DNA of 60,505 nt, the filler included. It is 6 parts of 6 records of this genome, joined end to end, with 100 filler letters (N's around TTAATTAATTAA, not from the genome) between each part and the next. Parts side by side here need not be neighbours in the genome. Positions count along the whole stretch, not along the records: positions 11,238 to 23,269 come from SRR22947727_655; positions 23,370 to 32,818 come from SRR22947727_659; 4 more parts are not named here. One strand, 5' to 3'. A program made the position numbers and the translations under genes. The notes under the pieces are model-generated. The model made no database searches. It saw only the letters and a program-made list of their open reading frames with translations, and had not been told where the DNA came from. Positions 20,901 through 31,830 of the stretch are shown one piece after another (the first letter of the stretch is position 1; the number at the start of each line of letters is the position of its first letter).

Positions 20901-23269
20901 TTTTTTATTATGTAGTTAATAATTTTATTCTTAACATAAATAGTTTTTAAAATCTTATTATCCTCAATAAATTTTTTAGCCTTTGAACTATTTAAAACAA
21001 TTTCATTAATTTCTTTTTCATCAAGATTTTTTTTAGTTTTAATAATATCTCTTGTTTTGCCATTTATCTGAACTGCAAAGCTTATTTCCTCTTGTGAATT
21101 TTTTCTTATATTTGGCCATTTATCTGGTGAGTCACAATTTAAAAATTCTAGACATTCATGAGCTAAATGTGGGGTAAATGGGATCATTAATTTCATAATT
21201 TTTGTGATATTATTTTTAAGGCATTTGTTATCTAGTTCTAGCTTTAAGTATTTATTAAAAATTTTATAAGTTTCGTAAAAATGAGCTATAGTTACATTGA
21301 ACTTAAAATCATCAATAGTGCTATCTATCTTGCTAATCAAGTTTTCAATTTCTAAATTAAATTTATCAATTAATCTTTTATCAATTTTTTTTTCTTCTCT
21401 AGAAATAATCTCTATATTTAAATTCCAAATTTTTTGTAAGAATTTATTAGATGAAGCTACCCCAACATCTGACCATTGAACATCTTTTTCTGGAGGGCTG
21501 TCAGACATAATAAACCATCTAACTGCGTCTGCTCCATATTGTTTTATCATTATCTCAGGATCAATAGTATTTTTTTTGGATTTGGACATAGATTCAGGTG
21601 GACCTATTTTAATTTTCTGCTTTGTACCTTTTTTAATTGCGGTGTTGTTAGATAGTTTTTCAATTTCTTCTGGATATAGCCAATTACCTTCATTATCTTT
21701 GTAAGTTTCATGACAAACCATTCCTTGAGTAAACAAATTTTTAAAAGGCTCATTAAGATTAATTGTTTTGTTACAGTAGGCAATAGCTTTTGTAAAAAAT
21801 CTTGAGTACAAAAGATGTAATATTGCATGTTCAATGCCTCCAATATATTGATCAACTGGCATCCAGTATTTTAGAGCCTCATTATCAAAAGGCGACTTTT
21901 CTAATTTAGGCGAACAAAACCTTAAAAAATACCATGAAGAATCAACAAAGGTATCTAATGTATCAGTTTCTCTAATAGCTGGTTTTCCGGTTGATTTTTC
22001 GGAAGAATATTTCCAAGTAGGATGAGTTTCTAAGGGATTTCCTTTAGAGTTCAAATCTATATCTGACGGCAGAACAACAGGTAGCTCGCTTTTATCAACT
22101 GGAACAACACTGCCATCGTCTAAGTATATCATCGGTATAGGGCAACCCCAGTAACGTTGTCTTGAAATACCCCAGTCTTTTAATCGATATAATGTTTTTC
22201 GTATACCAATTTTTTTCTCTTCAATAATACTTATTATTTTTTCTTTAGCTGATAAGACATCTAGATTATTTAAAAAATCTGAATTTATGATTTTGCCACT
22301 ACCTGTGAAAGCCTCATTTAAAATACTATCTTTTCCATCAGAAACAACTCTAATAACTTCTAAGTTATATTTTTTTGCAAAGTCAAAATCTCTCTGATCA
22401 TGAGCGGGACATCCAAAAATTGCTCCAGTTCCATAGTCCATTAAAACAAAGTTAGCAAAAAATACAGGAATTTTTTTATTTTTAATAAAAGGATGTTTTG
22501 CAAATAAATTTGTATTAAATCCTAGTTTATCTGCATTTGCCAAGGCTTCTTCAGTTGTACCCGTCTTGTTGGTTTCTTCCTTAAATTTTTTGAATTTTTC
22601 ATTGTTAAAAAATTTTTTATTTAAAGGATGATCTGTAGATATCGCAATAAAACTAGCACCAAAAATAGTATCTGGTCTTGTAGTAAAAACTTTGATTTGA
22701 TCTTCTAATCCTAATAATTCAAAATTAATCTCACAGCCAAAAGATTTGCCAATCCAGTTTTTTTGCATCAGCTTCACTTTATTTGGCCATCCATCTAATT
22801 TTTCTAGATCACTTAGCAATGTTTCTGAGAATTTTGTTATATTAAAGAACCATTGTGATAGTTTTTTCCTTTCTACTACTGCGTTCGATCTCCATCCTCT
22901 GCCATTAATAACCTGTTCATTGGCAAGTACCGTTTTCTCTACGGGATCCCAATTTACGTACGTTTCTTTTCTTGAAACTAGTCCGTGATTATAAAAGTCA
23001 ATAAATAATTCTTGTTGATGTTTATAATAGTCTTCATTGCACGTTGAAATTTCTAAATCCCAATCAATAGAAAGTCCTAGTAATTTTAACTGGTTTTTCA
23101 TTGTATCAATATTTTTATCCGTCCAAGTTTTGGGATGTAAGTTATTTAATTTTGATGCATTTTCTGCTGGCAATCCAAACGAGTCCCAACCCATAGGGTG
23201 TAAAACATTAAATCCATTTAAAAATTTATAGCGAGCTACAACATCACCTATTGTATAATTTCGAACGTG
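20897..23269 (-). CDS. leuS: Leucyl-tRNA synthetase, 5' truncated
   Basis: Frame continues to contig edge (HVRNYTIGD...[14 protein letters not shown]); [40 protein letters not shown]. Confidence 0.98.
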   Translation of the reverse strand, partial: HVRNYTIGDVVARYKFLNGFNVLHPMGWDSFGLPAENASKLNNLHPKTWTDKNIDTMKNQLKLLGLSIDWDLEISTCNEDYYKHQQELFIDFYNHGLVSRKETYVNWDPVEKTVLANEQVINGRGWRSNAVVERKKLSQWFFNITKFSETLLSDLEKLDGWPNKVKLMQKNWIGKSFGCEINFELLGLEDQIKVFTTRPDTIFGASFIAISTDHPLNKKFFNNEKFKKFKEETNKTGTTEEALANADKLGFNTNLFAKHPFIKNKKIPVFFANFVLMDYGTGAIFGCPAHDQRDFDFAKKYNLEVIRVVSDGKDSILNEAFTGSGKIINSDFLNNLDVLSAKEKIISIIEEKKIGIRKTLYRLKDWGISRQRYWGCPIPMIYLDDGSVVPVDKSELPVVLPSDIDLNSKGNPLETHPTWKYSSEKSTGKPAIRETDTLDTFVDSSWYFLRFCSPKLEKSPFDNEALKYWMPVDQYIGGIEHAILHLLYSRFFTKAIAYCNKTINLNEPFKNLFTQGMVCHETYKDNEGNWLYPEEIEKLSNNTAIKKGTKQKIKIGPPESMSKSKKNTIDPEIMIKQYGADAVRWFIMSDSPPEKDVQWSDVGVASSNKFLQKIWNLNIEIISREEKKIDKRLIDKFNLEIENLISKIDSTIDDFKFNVTIAHFYETYKIFNKYLKLELDNKCLKNNITKIMKLMIPFTPHLAHECLEFLNCDSPDKWPNIRKNSQEEISFAVQINGKTRDIIKTKKNLDEKEINEIVLNSSKAKKFIEDNKILKTIYVKNKIINYIIKK

Positions 23270-23369
23270 NNNNNNNNNNNNNNNNNNNNNNNNNNNNNNN
23301 NNNNNNNNNNNNNTTAATTAATTAANNNNNNNNNNNNNNNNNNNNNNNNNNNNNNNNNNNNNNNNNNNN
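23270..23369. other. Artificial contig spacer
   Basis: N44-TTAATTAATTAA-N44. Confidence 0.98.
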
Positions 23370-24038
23370 CTCATCTCTAAAACAAGGTGCAATTTGAAAA
23401 TATTTGTCAAAACCTGCCATCATTAATAATTGCTTAAATTGTTGAGGAGCTTGAGGCAAAGCGTAGAATTGACCATGATGAATTCTAGACGGCACCAAAT
23501 AATCTCTTGCGCCTTCAGGAGAAGTAGAAGTTAAAATAGGCGTTTGAAACTCAATGAAGCCCTTTGAAGTCATTTTTTCTCTAATTGATGAAATAATTTT
23601 ACTTCTAAGGATAATATTATTATGAAGTTTATTTCTTCTTAAATCTAAAAATCTATTTTTTAACCTAACCTCTTCACCATAATCAATGTCAGAGTTTACT
23701 GGAAGTGGCAAGATTTCAGAAGAAGATAGTAAAATAAAGGATTTAATTTTAATTTCAATTTCACCAGTTGTAATACTTTTGTTTATTGTTTCTGGAGATC
23801 TTTCTATTACTAGCCCCTTAATAGTTATTACACTTTCATGATTGAGGGTTGAAATATCATCAAATGATTGATGTTTAGCATCAACAACGCACTGTGTTAT
23901 TCCGTAATTATCTCTTAGATCAACAAATATTAAATTGCCATGATCTCTTATAGTATCAACCCAGCCACTTAAGATAACGTCTTCATTTAAATTAGAAATA
24001 TTTAACTCAGAGCAAAGATGGGTTCTATATTTATTCAT
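23370..24038 (-). CDS. aspS: Aspartyl-tRNA synthetase, 3' truncated
   Basis: [52 protein letters not shown]. Confidence 0.97.
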
Positions 24039-24050
24039 TTTTTTTGGTCT

Positions 24051-24683
24051 TTATATTATTTCTTTAATTAATGGTATTGTTAATTGTCTTTTTTTTTCAA
24101 GGGACAATCTATCAAGTTTATCTATAAAAATATAAATATCAAAATAAGTTCTAGTAAGTCTCTTGAAAATAAAATCAAAAATTTCATTATTCTTAATAAT
24201 TATTTGCTTATCAGAAAATAATTTAATCATTAACATTTTACACATTTCGTCATCAGGAGATTCAATCTCCAAATAAAGAAATTCTCTTAATCTTGAATAA
24301 AGATCCTTAAATTTAAAATTATAAGAATTTATATTTTTTGATGAAGTAAAATATATTTTAAGATTATTTAAATTACAATGATTAATTAAATGAAAAAGAT
24401 TTTCTTCAGAAGAAATGCCTAAGAAATCATCAACAACAACATTTCTTTTTACTTCAATAATCTTAGAAAAATTATTATTATAAATAATTGCATTATTTTT
24501 ATTTTTCCAAAGGGATGCTAAATGAGATTTACCTGATTTTTTTGGACCAAATAACATAATATTCTGATTTAAATCATCGATCATAGTTAAATCATAAGCC
24601 TTCTGATTAGTTTGATTTACAAAATAATTTTCAGAATCTTTTTTTGCAGAAAACTGATAATTAAAAAAATTTTGATAACTCAT
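24051..24683 (-). CDS. hda: HdaA/DnaA-related AAA+ protein
   Basis: N-terminal QNFFNY (clamp-motif-like), YFV...N..A, GPKKSGKSHL, LFHLIN, DLYSRL, LTIPLIKEI. Confidence 0.8.
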   Translation of the reverse strand: MSYQNFFNYQFSAKKDSENYFVNQTNQKAYDLTMIDDLNQNIMLFGPKKSGKSHLASLWKNKNNAIIYNNNFSKIIEVKRNVVVDDFLGISSEENLFHLINHCNLNNLKIYFTSSKNINSYNFKFKDLYSRLREFLYLEIESPDDEMCKMLMIKLFSDKQIIIKNNEIFDFIFKRLTRTYFDIYIFIDKLDRLSLEKKRQLTIPLIKEII

Positions 24684-25711
24684 ATTAATTTTATATTACA
24701 TAAATCGTTTTGATAAAATAAATTTAGTCTTCTTCGTTCAAGAGAATTTTTAAAATTCTCAATATCTCCTAAAAATATAATAGAATATAAATTGCTATTT
24801 AACTCTATCATTTTTAAAGTTAAATTTTGTACTAAAATATTAGATTTTAATAAACCACTAACATATCGCAACTCATTAATGTTATTTATTTTTATTTTGC
24901 ATTCTAGTTTATTATTTATAGAAGTATTAATTTGATTGATTTCTTTCCATTTATTAATAGTTTTCAATAAAATATTATCAAAAAGTTTATCATAACTTAA
25001 ATTTTTATTAGAAATTTTTGAAATAAAGTATTTTTGATTATTATAAAATAAATAAACATCATAAGAAATATTATTGTTTAAATTTATAGCATTTATTAAA
25101 ATTTGATAGTCAGTTTCATATTTTTTATTTAATTGATTATTTTGATTAAATACGTCATTTATAAAATGATTTTCATTAAAAATGAAACGGTCATTAAAAT
25201 CAAGATTTGGTATTTTAAAATACTTTTTGTAAGTTTGATTAACCGTAGTATTTAAATATTTATAATAAATATTTTCATCAGAAAACAAATAAGTATTTAA
25301 TTCATTTTTTTCTAAAATGATTAATAAAAATTTATCAGGAAATGTATTTATAAATTCAATTTTATTTTCAATAAAATAATTAATAATTAGTTTTTCATTA
25401 AAATTTACTTTAATTTTTGCATAATAATTATTATTAATGATTTTTTCATTATTAATTTTATAATTTAATATAAATGAATTTATAAAATTAATATTATTCA
25501 AATTGATTTTCTTCTGATTTTTTTTTGTTAATAATTTTTTTATTAAATTTTGAAAACTTTTAATTTTTATCTCATTAATTTTTTTTTCTTTAATTAGATT
25601 TATATTATTACTTGAAAAATTTAATTCATATTCCTTAGTTTCAAAAATGATGTTACCAAATAAACATTTTGAAGTTAAAAAGACAATTAAAAATATATAT
25701 ATAATTCGCAT
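24680..25711 (-). CDS. Exported hypothetical protein (DUF2066-like by position and motif)
   Basis: Signal peptide, NEKI..NNYYAKIKVNFN; upstream of hda as in other Alphaproteobacteria. Confidence 0.55.
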   Translation of the reverse strand: MRIIYIFLIVFLTSKCLFGNIIFETKEYELNFSSNNINLIKEKKINEIKIKSFQNLIKKLLTKKNQKKINLNNINFINSFILNYKINNEKIINNNYYAKIKVNFNEKLIINYFIENKIEFINTFPDKFLLIILEKNELNTYLFSDENIYYKYLNTTVNQTYKKYFKIPNLDFNDRFIFNENHFINDVFNQNNQLNKKYETDYQILINAINLNNNISYDVYLFYNNQKYFISKISNKNLSYDKLFDNILLKTINKWKEINQINTSINNKLECKIKINNINELRYVSGLLKSNILVQNLTLKMIELNSNLYSIIFLGDIENFKNSLERRRLNLFYQNDLCNIKLI

Positions 25712-25752
25712 TTAATTCTTGAAAGATTTTAATTAATATTTAGAACAATCAT

Positions 25753-25881
25753 ATGGATTACTCTAAAGATAATATATCTAAAGATAAGGCTAAAACATGG
25801 AAAAGTTTCAACAAATTAACAATTTACACAATAATATTTATAATTTTTGTTTTATTATTTATTTTTTATTTATTTAGCTAG
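25753..25881 (+). CDS. 42-aa single-TM protein resembling aa3 cytochrome c oxidase subunit IV
   Basis: Manual translation [44 protein letters not shown]-x-x-F-x-K before the TM; stop overlaps ndk stop. Confidence 0.5.
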   Translation: MDYSKDNISKDKAKTWKSFNKLTIYTIIFIIFVLLFIFYLFS

Positions 25882-26294
25882 CCTACTATTTCTTCATCTT
25901 GAAAGAAAAAACTAATTTCTATTTTAGCATTTTCCTCAGAGTCAGAACCATGTACTGAGTTTTCTTGAACATTTAATGCAAAAAGTTTTCTGATAGTTCC
26001 CTCTTCTGCATTTTCTGGATTTGTAGCCCCCATAATTGATCTATATACATCAACACAATTTTCCCCACTCAATACTTGAACAATAACAGGTTCTGAGCAC
26101 ATATATTGAACTAAATCTCTAAAAAAAGGTCTCTCTTTATGAACAGAATAGAAACTTTCAGCTTGATCTGTCGATAATTTAATTCTTTTTTGAGCAATTA
26201 TTCTTAAACCACTGTCTTCAATTACCTTGTTAATACTTCCAGTAATGTTTCGTTTTGTTGCATCAGGCTTAATAATAGAAAAGGTTTGATTCAT
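25878..26294 (-). CDS. ndk: Nucleoside diphosphate kinase
   Basis: [34 protein letters not shown]. Confidence 0.98.
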   Translation of the reverse strand: MNQTFSIIKPDATKRNITGSINKVIEDSGLRIIAQKRIKLSTDQAESFYSVHKERPFFRDLVQYMCSEPVIVQVLSGENCVDVYRSIMGATNPENAEEGTIRKLFALNVQENSVHGSDSEENAKIEISFFFQDEEIVG

Positions 26295-26439
26295 CTTTTT
26301 TTTCCTTTGTTATATTTTATGGATTTATTAATTTAGATGATTTGCTTTGTCCACAACTGAAACAAATATAAAGTATTTAAATAATAATAAACTAATAGAA
26401 ACATAAGTGTTATTAAAATATATCTATTCTAAATTTATA

Positions 26440-27456
26440 ATGAATAAAATTGAAAAATATATTTTTTTTGAAATTTCTAAGGGTTGTTTATTAATTCTCT
26501 TCATATTTTTATCAATATCTTGGTTATTGCAATTTACAAGATTAGTCTCATTAACTAACTTAATACAAGTAGATATCTTTACAATATTATATCTTTCAAT
26601 ATTCTTAATACCTAATTTAGTAACAATCATATTACCTATTGTAATTATGTTTGGTTTAGTATTATCATTTTTAAAATTGCATAGAGATAAAGAAATTATC
26701 AGTATTTATGCACTAGGTTTAAAAACAAATGCTATAATCAAATCTTTATTTTTTTTTTCTTTTATACTAATTTTATTTTTATCAATTTTTAGCATGTATT
26801 TATCACCAAAAATATACAATGAATATAAAATAAAAGAACATGAAATTAGAAATAAAATTGATTTTGAAAAAATAATTGTATCAAATTTTCTAGAGATCAA
26901 CAAAAACACATTTCTTGATTTTAAAAAAAATAATAAAAAATATGAAGAGGTATTCATTAAGTTTAAAGATGATAAAGATAATTTTATATTTGCACAAGAA
27001 GCAACAATCACACAAGATATAAATAAATTTATATTTAAATTAGTAAATGGATTTAGAGTAACGATAGTTGAAAAAAATAAAATTGAAAAATTAGAATTTG
27101 AAACCTACAAACTAAATATTTTAAATTATAATTTTCAAAAATATGATAATTTTGATAAAAATACTTTCAGTATATTCGACGACATAAAAAATAAAGATTA
27201 TTTGAATATAGTGCATAAAATTACAGATATTATAATTGTAATAACGATAATTCTTTTTTTTTACTTTAATAATATTAAATATTACAAGTTTAACTTATAT
27301 TATTTAACTTTTTTTTTATTTATTTCATCAGGATTATTGATTCTAAATCAGGTTATAAAAAATTTAGAAATTAATTATGTTATGAATATATTAATTATTT
27401 CTTCAATTTTTATATTTTCCTTAATTTATTTTTTTATAAGTAAAAAAAATGTATAA
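26440..27456 (+). CDS. lptF: LPS export permease LptF
   Basis: TMs plus LHRDKEIISIYALG (YjgP/Q motif); first of lptF-lptG-lptD; ATG 26440 preferred over GTG 26407. Confidence 0.8.
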   Translation: MNKIEKYIFFEISKGCLLILFIFLSISWLLQFTRLVSLTNLIQVDIFTILYLSIFLIPNLVTIILPIVIMFGLVLSFLKLHRDKEIISIYALGLKTNAIIKSLFFFSFILILFLSIFSMYLSPKIYNEYKIKEHEIRNKIDFEKIIVSNFLEINKNTFLDFKKNNKKYEEVFIKFKDDKDNFIFAQEATITQDINKFIFKLVNGFRVTIVEKNKIEKLEFETYKLNILNYNFQKYDNFDKNTFSIFDDIKNKDYLNIVHKITDIIIVITIILFFYFNNIKYYKFNLYYLTFFLFISSGLLILNQVIKNLEINYVMNILIISSIFIFSLIYFFISKKNV

Positions 27457-28528
27457 AATAAAAACTTATTTACTTAATGAATCAATAAAATATGTATTAA
27501 TTAATCAATTTTTAATTTTATTTTTTATCGTATTTATTAATTTAATTGAGCTATCAAGAATTATTGATAAAGAAAATCAGAATTTATTAAATTACTTATA
27601 TTTAAGTTTTCTAAAAATACCATCAATAGTTAATGAAACTAGTCCATTTGTTATAATCATATCTACTGCATTTTTATTTAGATACTTAATTAAGAACAAT
27701 GAATTAATTGCTATGAGAAATATTGGCTTTTCAATTTTTGATATATTTCAACCTATCAGTATTGGAATTTTTTTATATGGTTTATTTATCCTAATATTTG
27801 TTAACCCTATCACAGCTATATCTGAAATTAAATATGATAAATTTTTAAATAATCAAAATGAAAATATATATTCTATAAAATTTTCTGAAAATAATTTATT
27901 GATCAAAAATAAAAATTCAAATGAAGGTATTTATTATATAAATATTAAAAATTTTGATATTAAAGAGATGATTGCTAATGATATTCAAATTTTATCGATA
28001 CAAAAAGAAAGTAAAAATTTTTTGCAATCTGATTATGGAATAATGAAAGATAATTATTTTATCCTTTATGATGTAAATATGTTTGATGTTTTAAGTGATC
28101 AATATTTTAATCATAAAGAATTTAAATTAGATTTGAATTTTTCCAAAGAAAGTATTCTGAGATCAAATATAAATTATAAAAATATACCTTATTATAATTA
28201 TATAAGTCATGTAAAAACTATGAAAAAATTTAACCTTTACTCATCAGCTGTTGGATTATTTTATTTATCAGAGGTATTAAAACCAATATTTATGATTGTG
28301 TTAGCTTTTGTTGTTATGAGTTTTTCTGCTAAATTTAAGAGGAATGAAAGTTTTTTTAAAATTTTATTTAATGCTGTTTTAATAGGTTTTGCTTTTTATG
28401 TATTAAGAGAAGTAATTAATAAATTTACTATAACTTTTAACTCTAATTTTTTATTCTCATATTTTATAATTTTTATTATACCTTTCATTATTGGAATTTA
28501 CAAAACTATACAAATAGAAAATGATTAA
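27449..28528 (+). CDS. lptG: LPS export permease LptG
   Basis: KIPSIVNETSPF, NNELIAMRNIGFS. Confidence 0.82.
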   Translation: MYKIKTYLLNESIKYVLINQFLILFFIVFINLIELSRIIDKENQNLLNYLYLSFLKIPSIVNETSPFVIIISTAFLFRYLIKNNELIAMRNIGFSIFDIFQPISIGIFLYGLFILIFVNPITAISEIKYDKFLNNQNENIYSIKFSENNLLIKNKNSNEGIYYINIKNFDIKEMIANDIQILSIQKESKNFLQSDYGIMKDNYFILYDVNMFDVLSDQYFNHKEFKLDLNFSKESILRSNINYKNIPYYNYISHVKTMKKFNLYSSAVGLFYLSEVLKPIFMIVLAFVVMSFSAKFKRNESFFKILFNAVLIGFAFYVLREVINKFTITFNSNFLFSYFIIFIIPFIIGIYKTIQIEND

Positions 28529-30764
28529 TAAATTTTTCAAAAAAAATATTTTTCATATATTTGTTTTATTATTTTTTTTTCTTATTACTAACCAGCAAAA
28601 TGCAAAGGAGATATTGATTTATGCAGATGAAATATCTTACGATCAGCAAAACAACATAATAGCTAAAGGCAAAGCTAAAATACTTTATGATAATAATATT
28701 ATTTCATCTGATTTAATTATTTATTCACAATCAACAGGGAATATAAATCTACCAATTGAATTTAGTCTTAAAGATGAAAGAAATAATTACTATTTTGGTT
28801 CAAGTGGCGCTTTTGAATCTAACTTTGAATTAGGAAAAATTGAAGATGTTAAGGTTTTGCTAGAAGACGGATCAAGAATTGTTGGTAAGCAGATTAAAAG
28901 AGAAGGTAATATCGATATTATATCAAAAGGTGTCTATTCACCCTGTAATAGTAAAATAAGAATTGCAGATTTTTTATGCCCAATTTGGCAGATTGAAAGT
29001 GAAAAAATGTTACATGATTACGGCACGTTATTTCTTTATCAAAAACACTCAAAAATGAGAGTTTTCAATTTACCAGTGTTTTATACGCCATATTTATTAA
29101 CTCCATCACCTTTGCGAAAAGAGAGAAAAAGTGGGTTTTTAACTCCATCTATAAATCTAAATTTTTTTGATACTAAAATATCTCAATCAACTTCTTTTCC
29201 ATATTATTTTAACTTAAGTCAGGACAAAGAATTAACATTTACACCTATTATAAATTATGGGGGGGGTATTGATTCTTCTCAAAGATTTAATTTTGATTAT
29301 AATCAAATTTTATCAGGTGGAAATTTAAAAACTAATTTAACTTTTGATACAACATTTGAAGATAAAAATTCTGAAAAATGGTTAAAAGAAGGAAGTTTTA
29401 TAAACGAGTATAATCAAAAGATTGATGAAAAATTTCATTTAAAAATTAGTTCAGCTTTAGAAACATCTAAGAATTACATACAGAAAACAAACCCTAATAA
29501 TGATTTAAGTTATGCAAGTTCCCTTAATACTTCAGTTAATATTTATGGGTACAATTTAAATAAAATTGATGACAAGTTAAGTTTAAATGTAACTAATTAT
29601 CAAAGTAATCAAAATAATGAAGACAATAAGACTTTACCAACAATACTGCCATACATAAATTTTTATTCTGGTGAAAATAATATTAAAAATTTTAATTATA
29701 GTAATAGCTTGGAATTTTATAATATTTTCAGAAATGGCACAACAGACATACATGCTAAAAGTCAGCAAAAAATATCTTCTTTGATTGATGTTAACAAAGA
29801 AACGAATATTTATCCAGCTAAAATTAAATTTCAATCAAATATATATAATCAATTTTATAATACAGAGGATAAAAAAATAGACAATAAATACGTTGTCAGT
29901 AATTATTTTAGAACTTTTTTAATATTTGGTATTACTGCTGAAACTCCTTTTAAAATCAAAAATTTTAAAAATAAATTAACCTATACTCCTAAAATTAAAT
30001 TAGTTATTACTCCTGGCATTTCAAATAGTAACAAACTTTCAAATGAAGATTCTTCCATAAACTCTTATACAATAAATAATAATACAAATTTAAATAGATA
30101 TTCGGGAACAGATAAATTAGATAACTCCAAAAGGCTTGATTTAAGTTTCAATATAAAGAATGATGTTTTAAATGGAACTCTTTGGACTACTTATGAATTT
30201 ACTAATAACAGCAATTATCACTACTCTCAAGGTAATGAGAAAAAACTGAGTGATTTTTTAGGCAATCTTAGCCATACTAAAAAAAATTATAACACATCAT
30301 ATAACTTTAGATTTGACCCAAACAATAACTATATGAAAAACCAAGATATCCAATTAGGATATGAAAATAAAATAGGTAGTTATAATTTCAGTTACTTAGA
30401 CCAAAAAAGCAAGACTGAAGAAATAATTGTATCAGATAAAGAAACTCTAAATTATGAATTTGTTTCAAAGAAACTATTTAAATATTCAAAAGTTTCGTAC
30501 ACTGGTTTATATGATATAAAAAAGTCAATGAACACTGAAAATGTTATTTCATATAGTTACTTTGATGAATGTTTTGGTGTAAATATAGATTTCAAGAGAA
30601 ACTCTTATGCTGAAGAAAGTTTAAAACCACAGGATATTATGACTATTATGTTTTCTTTTAAAAACCTTGGATCATACAAGTCAACAAATCTTGCAGTTTC
30701 AGAGACCGACAAACAAGATATTGAATGGGAAAGCAAAAGTGTAAACAATGATTTATTTAATTAA
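28521..30764 (+). CDS. lptD: LPS assembly outer membrane protein LptD
   Basis: IYADEISYD, YSPC...CPIWQI, PVFYTPY, RKSGFLTP, PYYFNL, YFDEC. Confidence 0.9.
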   Translation: MINKFFKKNIFHIFVLLFFFLITNQQNAKEILIYADEISYDQQNNIIAKGKAKILYDNNIISSDLIIYSQSTGNINLPIEFSLKDERNNYYFGSSGAFESNFELGKIEDVKVLLEDGSRIVGKQIKREGNIDIISKGVYSPCNSKIRIADFLCPIWQIESEKMLHDYGTLFLYQKHSKMRVFNLPVFYTPYLLTPSPLRKERKSGFLTPSINLNFFDTKISQSTSFPYYFNLSQDKELTFTPIINYGGGIDSSQRFNFDYNQILSGGNLKTNLTFDTTFEDKNSEKWLKEGSFINEYNQKIDEKFHLKISSALETSKNYIQKTNPNNDLSYASSLNTSVNIYGYNLNKIDDKLSLNVTNYQSNQNNEDNKTLPTILPYINFYSGENNIKNFNYSNSLEFYNIFRNGTTDIHAKSQQKISSLIDVNKETNIYPAKIKFQSNIYNQFYNTEDKKIDNKYVVSNYFRTFLIFGITAETPFKIKNFKNKLTYTPKIKLVITPGISNSNKLSNEDSSINSYTINNNTNLNRYSGTDKLDNSKRLDLSFNIKNDVLNGTLWTTYEFTNNSNYHYSQGNEKKLSDFLGNLSHTKKNYNTSYNFRFDPNNNYMKNQDIQLGYENKIGSYNFSYLDQKSKTEEIIVSDKETLNYEFVSKKLFKYSKVSYTGLYDIKKSMNTENVISYSYFDECFGVNIDFKRNSYAEESLKPQDIMTIMFSFKNLGSYKSTNLAVSETDKQDIEWESKSVNNDLFN

Positions 30765-31830
30765 GTTCTTTTTTTTTCTAACAATTAGTCATTATTCATT
30801 TGCAAATGAAAATAAAACTAATCAAATATTATTTAAAATAAATAACAAAGTTTTTACAAATATAGATTTGGAAGAAAGGGAAGAATATGTTTCTATAATA
30901 AATAATATTAGACAATCTGAATTTACTGAATCAGACAATACTGAAATTCTAAATGATTATATTTCTTCACTAATTTTTTATGAATATTATATTACAAAAA
31001 AAATAGCTATAAATAACTTAAATGATGAAATTGAATTAATTTATAAAAAAAACACTAACAATTTTGAGAAATTCGATCAAATAAAAATCAATAACTTTAA
31101 ATTTCATACAAAAATAGATTTAGTAAGAAATAAGATTATTGAACAAAAAATAAACTCTAAAAAAAGCAGTTTATTTCAAGAAGCAAATAAGGACGACCTG
31201 ATATATAATTATAATTTGCAATATCTAATAATAAAAGAAAATTTATTAGAAAAAGGAATAATTAAAAATATTGATAGTAGAAAAAAATTTAATAATCTTA
31301 AAAATTTTTTAATAGAAAAAGAAATTAATTTTTTTTTTAAAGAAGAAGATATTAATAATAATACTATAATATCTAATAAAATTAAAAATATAATTAATCA
31401 AAATATTCAGATTTATTCCTATAATGAAAATGAATATATTAATTTAATATCAATCAATAAAAACTTAGAAAGTTATGAAGGCATTTATGTTAAATTAATA
31501 AATTTTAAATCAAACACACCTTTTGAAACAAAAGACTTGCTATGTGATAAGCTTAATCAAACGATTGATATTGATAAAACAGTTTTCAAAGAATATGAGT
31601 ATTCAAAATTAAATAATAACATTAAAAGTAATTTAAAATCAATTAATGACTTTATTATTTTTAATGAAAATAATGAATACAATTATATTATTTTATGTGA
31701 CCTCACTTATGATGAAGATTTATTAAAAAATATTAACTTTAACAAAAGTGTAAATAGCATGGTAAGTAAAATACAAAAAAATTTCTTAAAAAAATATAAA
31801 AATGAATATAAGTTTATCAAAATTAAATAA
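30748..31830 (+). CDS. SurA-like periplasmic chaperone (divergent)
   Basis: Signal peptide, ILFKINNKVFTNIDL N-terminal motif, ILCD; between lptD and pdxA. Confidence 0.6.
   Translation: MIYLIKFFFFLTISHYSFANENKTNQILFKINNKVFTNIDLEEREEYVSIINNIRQSEFTESDNTEILNDYISSLIFYEYYITKKIAINNLNDEIELIYKKNTNNFEKFDQIKINNFKFHTKIDLVRNKIIEQKINSKKSSLFQEANKDDLIYNYNLQYLIIKENLLEKGIIKNIDSRKKFNNLKNFLIEKEINFFFKEEDINNNTIISNKIKNIINQNIQIYSYNENEYINLISINKNLESYEGIYVKLINFKSNTPFETKDLLCDKLNQTIDIDKTVFKEYEYSKLNNNIKSNLKSINDFIIFNENNEYNYIILCDLTYDEDLLKNINFNKSVNSMVSKIQKNFLKKYKNEYKFIKIK

Noticed and set aside
21576-21596. SMSKS instead of KMSKS in LeuRS as a defect
   Set aside because: The catalytic second Lys is retained and first-position variants are common in class I synthetases
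26347-26355. DnaA box (TTGTCCACA) suggesting an origin
   Set aside because: Single one-mismatch box, no cluster
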